64,000 nt of DNA, taken from Bdellovibrionales bacterium (GTDB lineage: Bacteria; Bdellovibrionota; Bdellovibrionia; Bdellovibrionales; JAGQZY01). Below the pieces are notes generated by a model that saw nothing but the letters and a program-made list of their open reading frames with translations, was not told the DNA's origin and made no database searches. Position numbers and translations under genes: made by a program. Below, in pieces: positions 38,994-47,821 of this stretch; position 1 is the first letter of the stretch; the number at the start of each line of letters is the position of its first letter. Location: the NCBI GenBank assembly GCA_964230645.1, contig CAXRHT010000001.1, positions 416,001 to 480,000 on the forward strand, in the 5' to 3' direction.

Positions 38994-40419
38994 TTTCAAT
39001 ATGGTCACAATCGGAGCCGGGTCAGCCGGTCTTGTAACAGCCTATATTTGTGCAGCGACTAAAGGAAAAGTGGCTTTGATCGAAAAGCACAAAATGGGGG
39101 GTGACTGCCTGAACACGGGCTGTGTCCCCAGCAAAGCATTGATTCGTTCAGCAAAATTTATGAAAGATACCAAGCGTGCCTCAGAGCTTGGTTTTGCAAA
39201 AGTGGATGTTGAGTTTGATTTTGCGGATGTCATGCAAAGGGTTCAAAGAGTGATCAAAACCATTGAGCCTCATGACTCGGTGGAACGCTACACCGATCTT
39301 GGTGTTGACTGCTACATTGGAGAAGCAAAGATCACCTCTCCCCATACGGTTGAAGTCAATGGAGAAGTCCTCAAAACCAAAAACATTACCATTGCTACTG
39401 GGGCTCGCCCTTTCGTCCCTCCTCTTCCTGGTCGAGAAGAAGTACAACACTACACTTCTGATACGATTTGGAATCTTCGCGAAAAACCAAACCACATGGT
39501 GATTCTTGGCGCAGGACCCATTGGCTGTGAACTGAGTCAGGCCTTTTCAAGGCTTGGAATCAAAGTGACTCAGGTGGAGCGAGGCGAGCGCATCATGGAA
39601 AAAGAAGATCCTGAAATCTCTGAAATGGTTCTTAAAAAATTAAAAGAAGATGGGGTTGAAACAAAACTTCAACATGAAGTGACAGAGTTTAAAAATAAAG
39701 ACTCCGAAAAAGTTGTGGTTTGCGAACATAACGGGGAAAAAGTTGAGATTTCTTGTGACTGCATACTTGTTGCTATTGGTCGCAAACCCAATACCGAAGG
39801 TTTTGGACTCGAAGAGCTCGGAGTGGATCTTAACTCCAATGGAACGATCAAGGTGGACGATTACTTACGAACCACAAAGTACAAAAACATTTACGCCTGT
39901 GGTGATGTTGCGGGTCCTTTTCAGTTCACTCACACCGCCTCCCACCAAGCTTGGTTCTGTGCTGTTAATTCTATGGTGAAACCTTTCTGGGGTTTTAAGG
40001 CCGACTACCGCGTAATTCCTTGGTGCACATACACAGACCCCGAGGTGGCTCGTGTAGGGCTCAATGAAACTGAGGCCAAAGAAAAGGGTGTTGAATTCGA
40101 AGTCACCACCTACCCTATCGAGGGTCTCGATCGGGCCATCACTGAGGAGGCGGCCTACGGAGTTGTGAAAGTTCTTACCAAACCAGGCAAAGACGAAATT
40201 TTAGGTGTGACGATTGTAGGCCCTCATGCCGGAGACATTATTGCAGAATACGTGGCCGCAATGAAACATGGCTTCGGGATGAATAAAATACTTGGAACCA
40301 TTCATATTTACCCCACTCTGGCTGAGGCCAACAAATTTGCCGCTGGAAACTGGAAGCGCAATCAAACTTCTGATACAGCGCTGGCTTGGGGAGAACGCCT
40401 TAATCGCTGGCGTCGATGA
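38980..40419 (+). CDS. FAD-dependent pyridine nucleotide-disulfide oxidoreductase (MerA/LpdA-like)
   Basis: GAGSAG, GGDCLNTGCVPSK, GAGPIG.E, HIYPT. Lacks the C-terminal Cys-Cys of MerA. Confidence 0.9.
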   Translation: MSKYDFNMVTIGAGSAGLVTAYICAATKGKVALIEKHKMGGDCLNTGCVPSKALIRSAKFMKDTKRASELGFAKVDVEFDFADVMQRVQRVIKTIEPHDSVERYTDLGVDCYIGEAKITSPHTVEVNGEVLKTKNITIATGARPFVPPLPGREEVQHYTSDTIWNLREKPNHMVILGAGPIGCELSQAFSRLGIKVTQVERGERIMEKEDPEISEMVLKKLKEDGVETKLQHEVTEFKNKDSEKVVVCEHNGEKVEISCDCILVAIGRKPNTEGFGLEELGVDLNSNGTIKVDDYLRTTKYKNIYACGDVAGPFQFTHTASHQAWFCAVNSMVKPFWGFKADYRVIPWCTYTDPEVARVGLNETEAKEKGVEFEVTTYPIEGLDRAITEEAAYGVVKVLTKPGKDEILGVTIVGPHAGDIIAEYVAAMKHGFGMNKILGTIHIYPTLAEANKFAAGNWKRNQTSDTALAWGERLNRWRR

Positions 40420-40422
40420 AGT

Positions 40423-41385
40423 TTAACCAAAATGATTGAATGAAGAGAACTTAAGCTCTTTTTCTTTACCCTCGTAAAGATAGGTGATTGATTTTGAGCC
40501 CGGCTTCACTTTTCCCACGAGAAAAAGAGGAGCTCCAAACTCTTTTTCAAAGTCCCTACTGAGAATGGAGGCCTTCTCAGCCTGGCAAGAAAGCAAAAGT
40601 TCATAATCCTCACCACCGCCGAGCGAAAATTTAAAAGGGTCTTCTTCTTTTAGTTCACAGTAGTTTTTAAGTTCATCAGAGTGAGGGATTTTTTCCATAA
40701 AAATTTCTATTTGCCCGGAAGGAATTCTTTTGAGGTCACTTAAAAGTCCATCTGATAAATCCATCATACCTAAAACCTCTGCACGCCCGGCCAGCCAATG
40801 AGAAACTTCTGTTAGGATCGGAGGTCTTTTGTGTTTATCGATAAGGTCATTTTGCTTGTCACCGTCTTCAAGGGCTTTAAATCCTGCAGAGGAGTCACCA
40901 AGAAAACCTGTTACAAAAAGAGTGGAAGCATCACCAAGCTTTGAGCGCCACTTGATTTGATCCTTCAGAACAAGGCCCGAAACATGAACATTTATAAAAA
41001 GTTGACTACCACTTTTTGATAAGTCTCCGCCGACGAGTTGCAAATCTTCTTTTTCTACTGTGGCATTGAATGTCTCAAAAAATCTTTTGAGCCAAGGCTC
41101 ATCGATATCTGCTGGAACCGCCATACTCAAATGACACCATCGCGCCGTGGCCCCCATAGCTAAAATATCACTAATATTTACCGCAAGGGACTTATAGGCA
41201 ACTTCCTCAGGTGTTAAATGCCTCCGGCGAAAATGGATATCTTCTACAAAATTATCGGTAGTCTGAACCAGGTAGTGAGTTTGATCAAAGTCAACGACAC
41301 TACAGTCATCTCCACGGCCCAGCACTAAAAGATCGTTTGGTGAAGGAGAGGGTACATACTTTGAAATTATATCAAATTCATCCAT
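40423..41385 (-). CDS. thiL: Thiamine-monophosphate kinase
   Basis: EFDII, GDDC, HF, AVNISDILAMG, GGD, DLSDGL..DL, GGEDYELL, C-terminal HF. Confidence 0.95.
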   Translation of the reverse strand: MDEFDIISKYVPSPSPNDLLVLGRGDDCSVVDFDQTHYLVQTTDNFVEDIHFRRRHLTPEEVAYKSLAVNISDILAMGATARWCHLSMAVPADIDEPWLKRFFETFNATVEKEDLQLVGGDLSKSGSQLFINVHVSGLVLKDQIKWRSKLGDASTLFVTGFLGDSSAGFKALEDGDKQNDLIDKHKRPPILTEVSHWLAGRAEVLGMMDLSDGLLSDLKRIPSGQIEIFMEKIPHSDELKNYCELKEEDPFKFSLGGGEDYELLLSCQAEKASILSRDFEKEFGAPLFLVGKVKPGSKSITYLYEGKEKELKFSSFNHFG

Positions 41386-41545
41386 GACTCTTTCATAGCA
41401 GTTTTGACTTTAAAGGCAAGAATTACTGGGAGTCCCGACTTTTGTTCCTAAATGAGGAAAGTATCTAGATATCTAAAACTTAATTTCACTCTATTTTTGC
41501 TTTTTCCTGATCGGGATCAACTAAAATTAAAGCAATGGAGGAATT

Positions 41546-42382
41546 ATGAAAAATTACGATCATAAAACGATAAAAATTAACAGTGGATTTGAAATTCCAA
41601 AACTCGGCATGGGGACCTGGCAGATTAAAGGTTCAGAATGTGTGAACAGCGTGAAGGAAGCCATCGATATTGGTTACCGGGCGATCGATACCGCACAAGT
41701 GTATGAAAATGAAGAGGAGGTCGGCCAAGCTTTGAAAGAGTGCAGCGTCCCGCGAGAAGAGATTTGCTTAACCAGTAAAGTCTGGAGAGACAATCTTTCT
41801 AAAAAGGAAGTGATCAAGACAACCGAAGAATCCCTGAAACGTTTGAAAACAGACTATATTGACCTTATGCTCATCCACTGGCCTAACGACGATTACGATT
41901 TAAGCGCGACGATGGAAGCCTTAGCGGAACTCAAAGAGGAAAACAAACTAAAAGAGTTTGGTGTCAGCAACTTCCCGACCTCTTACCTCGAAAAAGTTCA
42001 AAATAAACAAACTAATTTTGTTTGCGATCAAGTAGAATACCATCCTTATTTGGACCAATCCCCCGTCATTAACTGGCTTACCAAACACGATAAGTTTTTA
42101 ATTGCCTATTCTCCCCTAGCCCGTGGAAAAGTCTTTAAAGATGAAAAAATCAAAAAAATAGCCAGCAAACATCAAGTCGACTGTGCCCAAGTGGTTCTAG
42201 CATGGTTGTGCCGACAGGACTCTGTTGTAGCCATTCCGAAGTCATCCTCTAGGGAGCATTTAAAATCCAATTGGGAAAGCCAAAATCTAGTGCTCGATGA
42301 TGAAGACGTACAGATGATCGATGATTTGCAAAGCCCCAACGGCCGCCTCATCGATCCCGAGTGGGCGCCCCAGTGGGACTAG
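41546..42382 (+). CDS. Aldo/keto reductase
   Basis: LGMGTW, GYRAIDTAQVYENE, DLMLIHWP, GVSNF, AYSPL, IPKSS. Confidence 0.93.
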   Translation: MKNYDHKTIKINSGFEIPKLGMGTWQIKGSECVNSVKEAIDIGYRAIDTAQVYENEEEVGQALKECSVPREEICLTSKVWRDNLSKKEVIKTTEESLKRLKTDYIDLMLIHWPNDDYDLSATMEALAELKEENKLKEFGVSNFPTSYLEKVQNKQTNFVCDQVEYHPYLDQSPVINWLTKHDKFLIAYSPLARGKVFKDEKIKKIASKHQVDCAQVVLAWLCRQDSVVAIPKSSSREHLKSNWESQNLVLDDEDVQMIDDLQSPNGRLIDPEWAPQWD

Positions 42383-42498
42383 GGCCGTTCGGGGCTCTTC
42401 TCAAAATAGAAAGGACTAGGACGACAAATAAGTCTTAATTTGAGTCTTTCTTTTTCGATTTTGTGGAATGTTTTAGAAGGCTAATTTTAATATTCTAG

Positions 42499-42575
42499 AT
42501 TCAACCCAAACAAATACGCTCAGAACCCACCACCCCTGAGCAGCAAAACCCGGGACCCCAAACCCCGGGTTTTTT
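42499..42575 (+). ncRNA. Putative C-rich small RNA, copy 1 (5' end approximate)
   Basis: Downstream of a TATTCT -10-like box. Hairpin GCTCAG-AACCCACCACCC-CTGAGC, then terminator AACCCGGG-ACCCCAAAC-CCCGGGTTTTTT. Near-identical copy at 43071-43148. Confidence 0.65.
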
Positions 42576-42685
42576 CTTTTTAAACAAGCTCTGTTGAGGC
42601 ATGGCGCCCCTAACATAAATATTGCCACAAACTTGGTTTTGATGGAGATTGATCTGTGTGGAAGCGATGGAGTTAACAAAGCGAC

Positions 42686-42973
42686 ATGGATAAATTTGAG
42701 AAGAAACTTTGCATAGCCTTTGGCGCCTATCTTAAAGAATTAAGAAACCAAGCCAAGATCACACAAAATGTTGTCGCCGACGCTTGTAACCATTCCAATG
42801 CCCAGTTCGTTTCAAACATTGAACGCGGCCTTTGCTGGCCCCCCATGAATGTGCTGGCGAAAATGTCGAAGCTCTATAATGTCCCTGCCCTTGAGCTTCT
42901 CGATAACTTTGCGGAACAAAGAAAAAAAATATGGGCCAAAGAAATGGGTATCAAACTTAACGGCCAATCCTAG
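42686..42973 (+). CDS. XRE-family helix-turn-helix regulator
   Basis: FGAYLKELRNQAKITQ..VA....AQFVSNIERG...PP. Confidence 0.9.
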   Translation: MDKFEKKLCIAFGAYLKELRNQAKITQNVVADACNHSNAQFVSNIERGLCWPPMNVLAKMSKLYNVPALELLDNFAEQRKKIWAKEMGIKLNGQS

Positions 42974-43070
42974 CCTCTTCTTTTTCTTTAAAAATTGTTT
43001 TTATAGCTAAATTGAGACATTAATTTGTGTTTTTGTGGAATGTTTTAGGTAGGCCCCTTTAGTATTCTAG

Positions 43071-43148
43071 ATTCAACCCAAACAAAACGCTCAGAACCCA
43101 CCACCCCTGAGCAGCAGGAAACCCGGGACCCCAAACCCCGGGTTTTTT
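43071..43148 (+). ncRNA. Putative C-rich small RNA, copy 2 (5' end approximate)
   Basis: Same promoter block, hairpin and terminator as 42499-42575. Confidence 0.65.
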
Positions 43149-43152
43149 GCGT

Positions 43153-43890
43153 TTAAGACCCATCATCAATTTTGAATGGACCACCCACGGATTGAATAGG
43201 AGTTTGATCTCCTTTTTTACTAATCCAAAATGCGAGGCTGAAAGATTGCACTCCTTTTGTTTTATTCTCTGGAACTTTTAAAGTTGTCTCAAATTGAGAC
43301 CCCTTTTTTTCAAGATTTGATCTTTGCCAATTGAGAACCACAAACTCATGCTTAAGGGTCTCCCCTGAGTTTTCGCCATATTTTACTTTTGTAGAAAGGC
43401 CATTTCCTAGCAAAGCTACATTGATGAGGAGATTATCCTCGTTGTGATTTCGTGGGACGAAAGTCACTTTTACTTGGTTGTCTCCTAGATTTTGGACCTT
43501 TAAGCTTCCTGGATTACCGTTACCGAGGTTTATGAGGGAGCGAGTGCGCCACTCTCTGCCGTCTTTGACAAAAGCGGGCGTGTAGACTCTTGAGCTCCCC
43601 CACTGACTAGCATAACGTCGTTGCCTATTGGTGAACTGTTTGTTTGAAAACCGGTCGACCCATCCTAACCGATTCCAGTAATCCACATGAAAATTGAGAG
43701 GGACAAAATCTTTCCAAAGTTTTGGGTGATTTTTTAATCCTGCCACCCAGCGGTCTGCTGGCGGGCAACTGCTACACCCCTCAGAGCTATAGAGTTCAAT
43801 TAAAGACACCTGGTTATTACCGCTTTCAAAAAGGATGGGGGATTCTTTAGCAAAAACTAATGATACGAGAAATATAAGACTTGAAATCAA
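43153..43890 (-). CDS. DUF1223 thioredoxin-like secreted protein
   Basis: IELYSSEGCSSCPPAD, FHVDYWNRLGW.D.F, VYTP, GENSG..L.H..VV. Probable TTG start at 43890 (AAGGAG RBS). Confidence 0.9.
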   Translation of the reverse strand: MISSLIFLVSLVFAKESPILFESGNNQVSLIELYSSEGCSSCPPADRWVAGLKNHPKLWKDFVPLNFHVDYWNRLGWVDRFSNKQFTNRQRRYASQWGSSRVYTPAFVKDGREWRTRSLINLGNGNPGSLKVQNLGDNQVKVTFVPRNHNEDNLLINVALLGNGLSTKVKYGENSGETLKHEFVVLNWQRSNLEKKGSQFETTLKVPENKTKGVQSFSLAFWISKKGDQTPIQSVGGPFKIDDGS

Positions 43891-44058
43891 AGCTTCTCCT
43901 TTTCTTTTAATTATTCGTCCCAAACAAGAGTTTGTGACATCAAGAGACAAGTCTTCGCCTGTCACCCTAAACGACAGCCGTGAAGAAAAAACAGGGCTCT
44001 TCCAGCTTTATTGACATCTATTGGTCTTTCTTAAAAAATAGGCTTTTTCTAAGGACTT

Positions 44059-45063
44059 ATGCCAATGAATTCATTTAGAGCGCCCATTAACATTCCTCAA
44101 CTCTCCTCGGATAGCCCCTTTGACCCAGAAAAACATCTACAGTTGACCGAGCCTGATAAAATTTGGACTCTCACCGACTTTGGCTACACACCCGAGCAAC
44201 AGAAAGACTCGCCTTATCCGATCGCGGTGACCTCCCCATTCCGAATTTTAAGTGATGAGGGTGTAAGTCTCCTTCGCCAAATTGTTCATGAGCTGACACA
44301 GTTTAAAAGAAAATCAGACCGAATGGCCAACTACATTCGAGGGGCTCTTTACTACTCGCAATTTTTAAGAGATTTCTGCCACAGCCAAGAAGTGAACGAC
44401 TTTATCTCCAAACTGGCTGGAGCACCGGCCAGGCCTCACCCCATGAGTCTTTACCAGGCTCATATTAATTTGAAGCCAGAGGATGCGAAAAAAGAGGTGG
44501 ATCGCTGGCACACAGACACAGTGATTCTCGACTACGTTCTTATGTTAACGGATCCAAAAAGTTTTGAGGGTGGGCACTTTGAGTTTTTCCAGTGCACCCG
44601 TCGTGAAGCCATTCGCTCACTGGTTAAAGAAGATGGTCTTCCTAATGTGGTAAAAGTGGAATTTCCAAAAGCTGGCTTTGCCATTCTTCAGCAGGGCCAC
44701 AAAGTGGTTCACAGGGCCAATCGTGTGGACGCCGGCAATGAAAGAACAACTCTTGTACAAAGCTTTATTCCGACCACAGCGGAATTCGCCGATATTTCGA
44801 GGCTCGCGGATTGTAAGCTTGTGGACCCGCCAGAGTATCTCTACACCGAATGGGCTCGCTATAAGGCTCTGATGGCCTCAGAGAAGCTTCAGACTCTGAT
44901 CGCTAAACTTCCCTACACAACGGACAAAAGCTTTATTAGTCACGAGCTGAGAATGGCCATTCGCGATGTTGAACAAACCATCTTTGAACTCAATGATCCT
45001 TCCGATGGCCAACTCGTGCATTTTTCAGATGATCCCCTTGAGGGACTTCTCCCAGAGGGATAA
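44059..45063 (+). CDS. Fe(II)/2-oxoglutarate oxygenase-like protein
   Basis: WHTD (HxD), FEGGHF, VVHRA, ERTTLVQSF (distal His and Arg of the DSBH fold). Confidence 0.75.
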   Translation: MPMNSFRAPINIPQLSSDSPFDPEKHLQLTEPDKIWTLTDFGYTPEQQKDSPYPIAVTSPFRILSDEGVSLLRQIVHELTQFKRKSDRMANYIRGALYYSQFLRDFCHSQEVNDFISKLAGAPARPHPMSLYQAHINLKPEDAKKEVDRWHTDTVILDYVLMLTDPKSFEGGHFEFFQCTRREAIRSLVKEDGLPNVVKVEFPKAGFAILQQGHKVVHRANRVDAGNERTTLVQSFIPTTAEFADISRLADCKLVDPPEYLYTEWARYKALMASEKLQTLIAKLPYTTDKSFISHELRMAIRDVEQTIFELNDPSDGQLVHFSDDPLEGLLPEG

Positions 45064-45075
45064 TAAGTGAGAGCT

Positions 45076-46077
45076 TTATTTTTTGGCTCTCCAAAGAGAG
45101 TCGACGAAATAGCCCTTTTTATCACTAAAGTTTTTCACGATTTCAAATCCACAGCTAGTGGCCAAGTATTCGATATCGCTTTCTAGATATTTGTAGGAGT
45201 ACTCCATATGAATCGCCTCCCAAGGTTTGAAAGAAAACTCTTTATCTAAATCTTTAATAAGAACCTTTTGGTGACATTGCGAAATTAGGTAGCTCTCCAT
45301 AGCCCCCGTTTGAACACTATAAAGCCCTTGGTGCTGAAAGTTTTCCCTCTTAAAATCACCCCCAAGACACTCATTGATGCGATCAAGGACATTAAAGTTA
45401 AACTCTTTGGTGACTCCCTCGGAATCATTGTAGGCGTGATAGAGGGTATCCAGATCTTTTTTTAGATCAAAACCTATTAACACATAATCGCCGTCGTTGA
45501 CCGAATACCAAAGATGGCGCAAAAAACGCATAGCTAGCGGACGACTGAAATTACCGATATTTGAACCTAAGAATAAAACAAGGTTTCTTTGACTGGCTTT
45601 TTCGGTCAACCAATTAAGCCCCTGGAAGTACTCGGCCACAAGGCCCTGTACATCAAACGGAATCTCTCCCCATTTTTCTTTAAGGTTATGGACCAAAAAT
45701 TCTACAGCGGCTTTAGAAATATCGAGAGGAACAAAATGAAACTGGGAATTATTTTTTAAAATCTGATCAATCAAAAGAATAGTTTTAGCACCATCACCGC
45801 AACCAAGCTCCACAAGATTAAACTCCTCATCTTTAAGGTAGCTTATTATCTCTTCCCCACGATCTCCCAAAATCTCTGCCTCGCATTGAGTGGGATAATA
45901 CTCTTCAAGACCCATGATTTTTTTGAAGAGTTCACTGCCCTTATCATCGTAAAACAAGTGGGACGGCAAACCCTTTGGATTTTTACTCAAACCCTCCAAA
46001 ACTGAAAGTGCCATTTCGTGGGTTGGATGAGTGTTGCCACCTTGATTTAAGACCTCAATATTAACGTTCTCCGACAT
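45076..46077 (-). CDS. egtD: L-histidine N-alpha-methyltransferase
   Basis: K.LPSHLFYDDKGSELF, EYYPTQCE, VELGCGDGAKT, FLGSNIGNF, AYNDSEGVT..FN, IHMEYSYKY. Confidence 0.9.
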   Translation of the reverse strand: MSENVNIEVLNQGGNTHPTHEMALSVLEGLSKNPKGLPSHLFYDDKGSELFKKIMGLEEYYPTQCEAEILGDRGEEIISYLKDEEFNLVELGCGDGAKTILLIDQILKNNSQFHFVPLDISKAAVEFLVHNLKEKWGEIPFDVQGLVAEYFQGLNWLTEKASQRNLVLFLGSNIGNFSRPLAMRFLRHLWYSVNDGDYVLIGFDLKKDLDTLYHAYNDSEGVTKEFNFNVLDRINECLGGDFKRENFQHQGLYSVQTGAMESYLISQCHQKVLIKDLDKEFSFKPWEAIHMEYSYKYLESDIEYLATSCGFEIVKNFSDKKGYFVDSLWRAKK

Positions 46078-46375
46078 GGGTTTCTCCTTGATCCCACCTC
46101 TAGTATCGAAGAATTTATAAAATGTCTCGGGGGCCCGCGTATGATTTGAGCCTCTAAAGCTCTTTCCTTTGTTTTGAACTGAGATTTTGCCTCTTAACGG
46201 AAAAAAAATGGAGAGGAGCTGACCAGGGACTGATCAATCTAACTAGCCCTCAGGCGAGAAAAACTGAAGGAGGTCCCCCTTTTAGTACAGGATTTCGACA
46301 AAAAAATGCAAAGATAGCGACCCTGCACTTTATCAGATAGCCTATTATGAGAGCATGGGAAATGGGGGATGAGTA

Positions 46376-47821
46376 ATGAATCAACGCTTCAAAGCCTTAG
46401 GGGCGATATTTATATTTGCTGGAATCATTCTATTTGGATTTCAAAACTGCTCAGAAATTCTAGGGGAAAGTCAGGTTCAAACTCTTCAAAGCACTTGCTC
46501 ACAAAACCCGGTCAATCAATCTAAAATGCTTATTTCCCCGAGCACTCTTCACGACCCAAATCTTAAAAGTTCTCTATCTCTTTTGATTCACCCACGCTGC
46601 CTTCTCACTCAAGAAGAAGAGTTACATTTTTTCGACCAAGCCCTTGAACTTACAGAGGCACAAAAAGAACTTTCAAGTGTGGCCCTACCTCTTTGGGAAG
46701 AAAGTCCGATCGACTCTGAACTATTAGAAAAGGAACTCGCCAAATCAGAATGCTTTTTAGGTCTAACAAGTGATCCGCTTTTAACTTCGAGCCAAATCTC
46801 AAAATCCACTCCCCTCACTGATGACCCTGAGGTGATAAATCAAAGACATCTCAACTTTACCGAGTACCAAAAAAGTTCGAACGAGACTCAAAAAGAAAAA
46901 GTAGTTATTGCCATCATTGATACCGGAGTCGATTATGAGCACACCGACCTGAAAGCACGTATGTGGCAGAACGCGCGTGGAGAACACGGCTTTAATTTTG
47001 TGGATAATAACAATGATCCTATGGATGATGACGGACACGGCACTCATATCGCAGGACTGATCGCGGCTGAAGAAAACAATGGTTTTGGGGTGGCAGGTCT
47101 TACCGGAGACTTTGTTGAAATCATGGCTATAAAGTCACTCCCTTCCAGACAAGCCGGTCGCACCAGTGACATTTATAACGGCATTGAATACGCTATAAAC
47201 AACGGCGCTGACATTATTAGTTTGAGTATCTACGCTGAAGGCTTAAACCCTTTACTAGAGTCGGCCATCATCAAGGCTATACAGCATAATATTATTGTGG
47301 TTCTTGCCATTGGAAACCAAAGTAAGAAATTAAGTTCCAATGACCCCGTAGCACCAGCCTACATCGGAGCCGCTTTAAATGGTGCCGTCACTGTGGCCTC
47401 TGTGGATACGGTTTCCGGTGAGCTTTCCTTCTTCTCAAACTATGGTGACAAGTTTGCTGAAGTCGCAGCACCGGGGGCTGAGAATGGTGGTCTCAGAGAT
47501 CAAGGTCTTTTATCAACTCTGCCTGGTGAAAACTGGGGGCGCCTGCGTGGAACCTCGCAAGCCGCTCCCATTGTTTCAGCCATGGCGGCCACATGGATTA
47601 GCTTTCTGAGATCTAACAATATTTCTTATACTCCAGAGATGCTTGAAAAACTTTTACTCGCTAAAGGCACAAGGTCTTTTGAGGCGCTATCAGAGAAAAT
47701 CACCCAAGGTCGGGTGATTAATTTTAAAGTGATGAGTGAGAACTTAGAAAAAAACAAAGTTCTGTCTTTTTTTAAATCTCAAAAACAAGAGGGCCTCTGT
47801 TCAACAACCCCCTTGAACTAA
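46376..47821 (+). CDS. Subtilisin-family (S8) serine protease lipoprotein
   Basis: FQNC lipobox; catalytic triad motifs IIDTG, HGTHIAG, GTSQAAP. Confidence 0.93.
   Translation: MNQRFKALGAIFIFAGIILFGFQNCSEILGESQVQTLQSTCSQNPVNQSKMLISPSTLHDPNLKSSLSLLIHPRCLLTQEEELHFFDQALELTEAQKELSSVALPLWEESPIDSELLEKELAKSECFLGLTSDPLLTSSQISKSTPLTDDPEVINQRHLNFTEYQKSSNETQKEKVVIAIIDTGVDYEHTDLKARMWQNARGEHGFNFVDNNNDPMDDDGHGTHIAGLIAAEENNGFGVAGLTGDFVEIMAIKSLPSRQAGRTSDIYNGIEYAINNGADIISLSIYAEGLNPLLESAIIKAIQHNIIVVLAIGNQSKKLSSNDPVAPAYIGAALNGAVTVASVDTVSGELSFFSNYGDKFAEVAAPGAENGGLRDQGLLSTLPGENWGRLRGTSQAAPIVSAMAATWISFLRSNNISYTPEMLEKLLLAKGTRSFEALSEKITQGRVINFKVMSENLEKNKVLSFFKSQKQEGLCSTTPLN

Noticed and set aside
38292..40419. Mercury resistance operon (MerA-like enzyme here, MerC-like gene at 58416)
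   Set aside because: The oxidoreductase lacks the MerA C-terminal Cys pair and metal-binding domain, there is no merR/T/P, and the two genes are 18 kb apart. TVP38 plus this oxidoreductase is a common pairing.
42473..42679. 68 aa antisense ORF as a type I toxin paired with the sRNA
   Set aside because: The reading frame is not preserved in the second repeat copy (-1 and +2 indels) and no RBS is evident.
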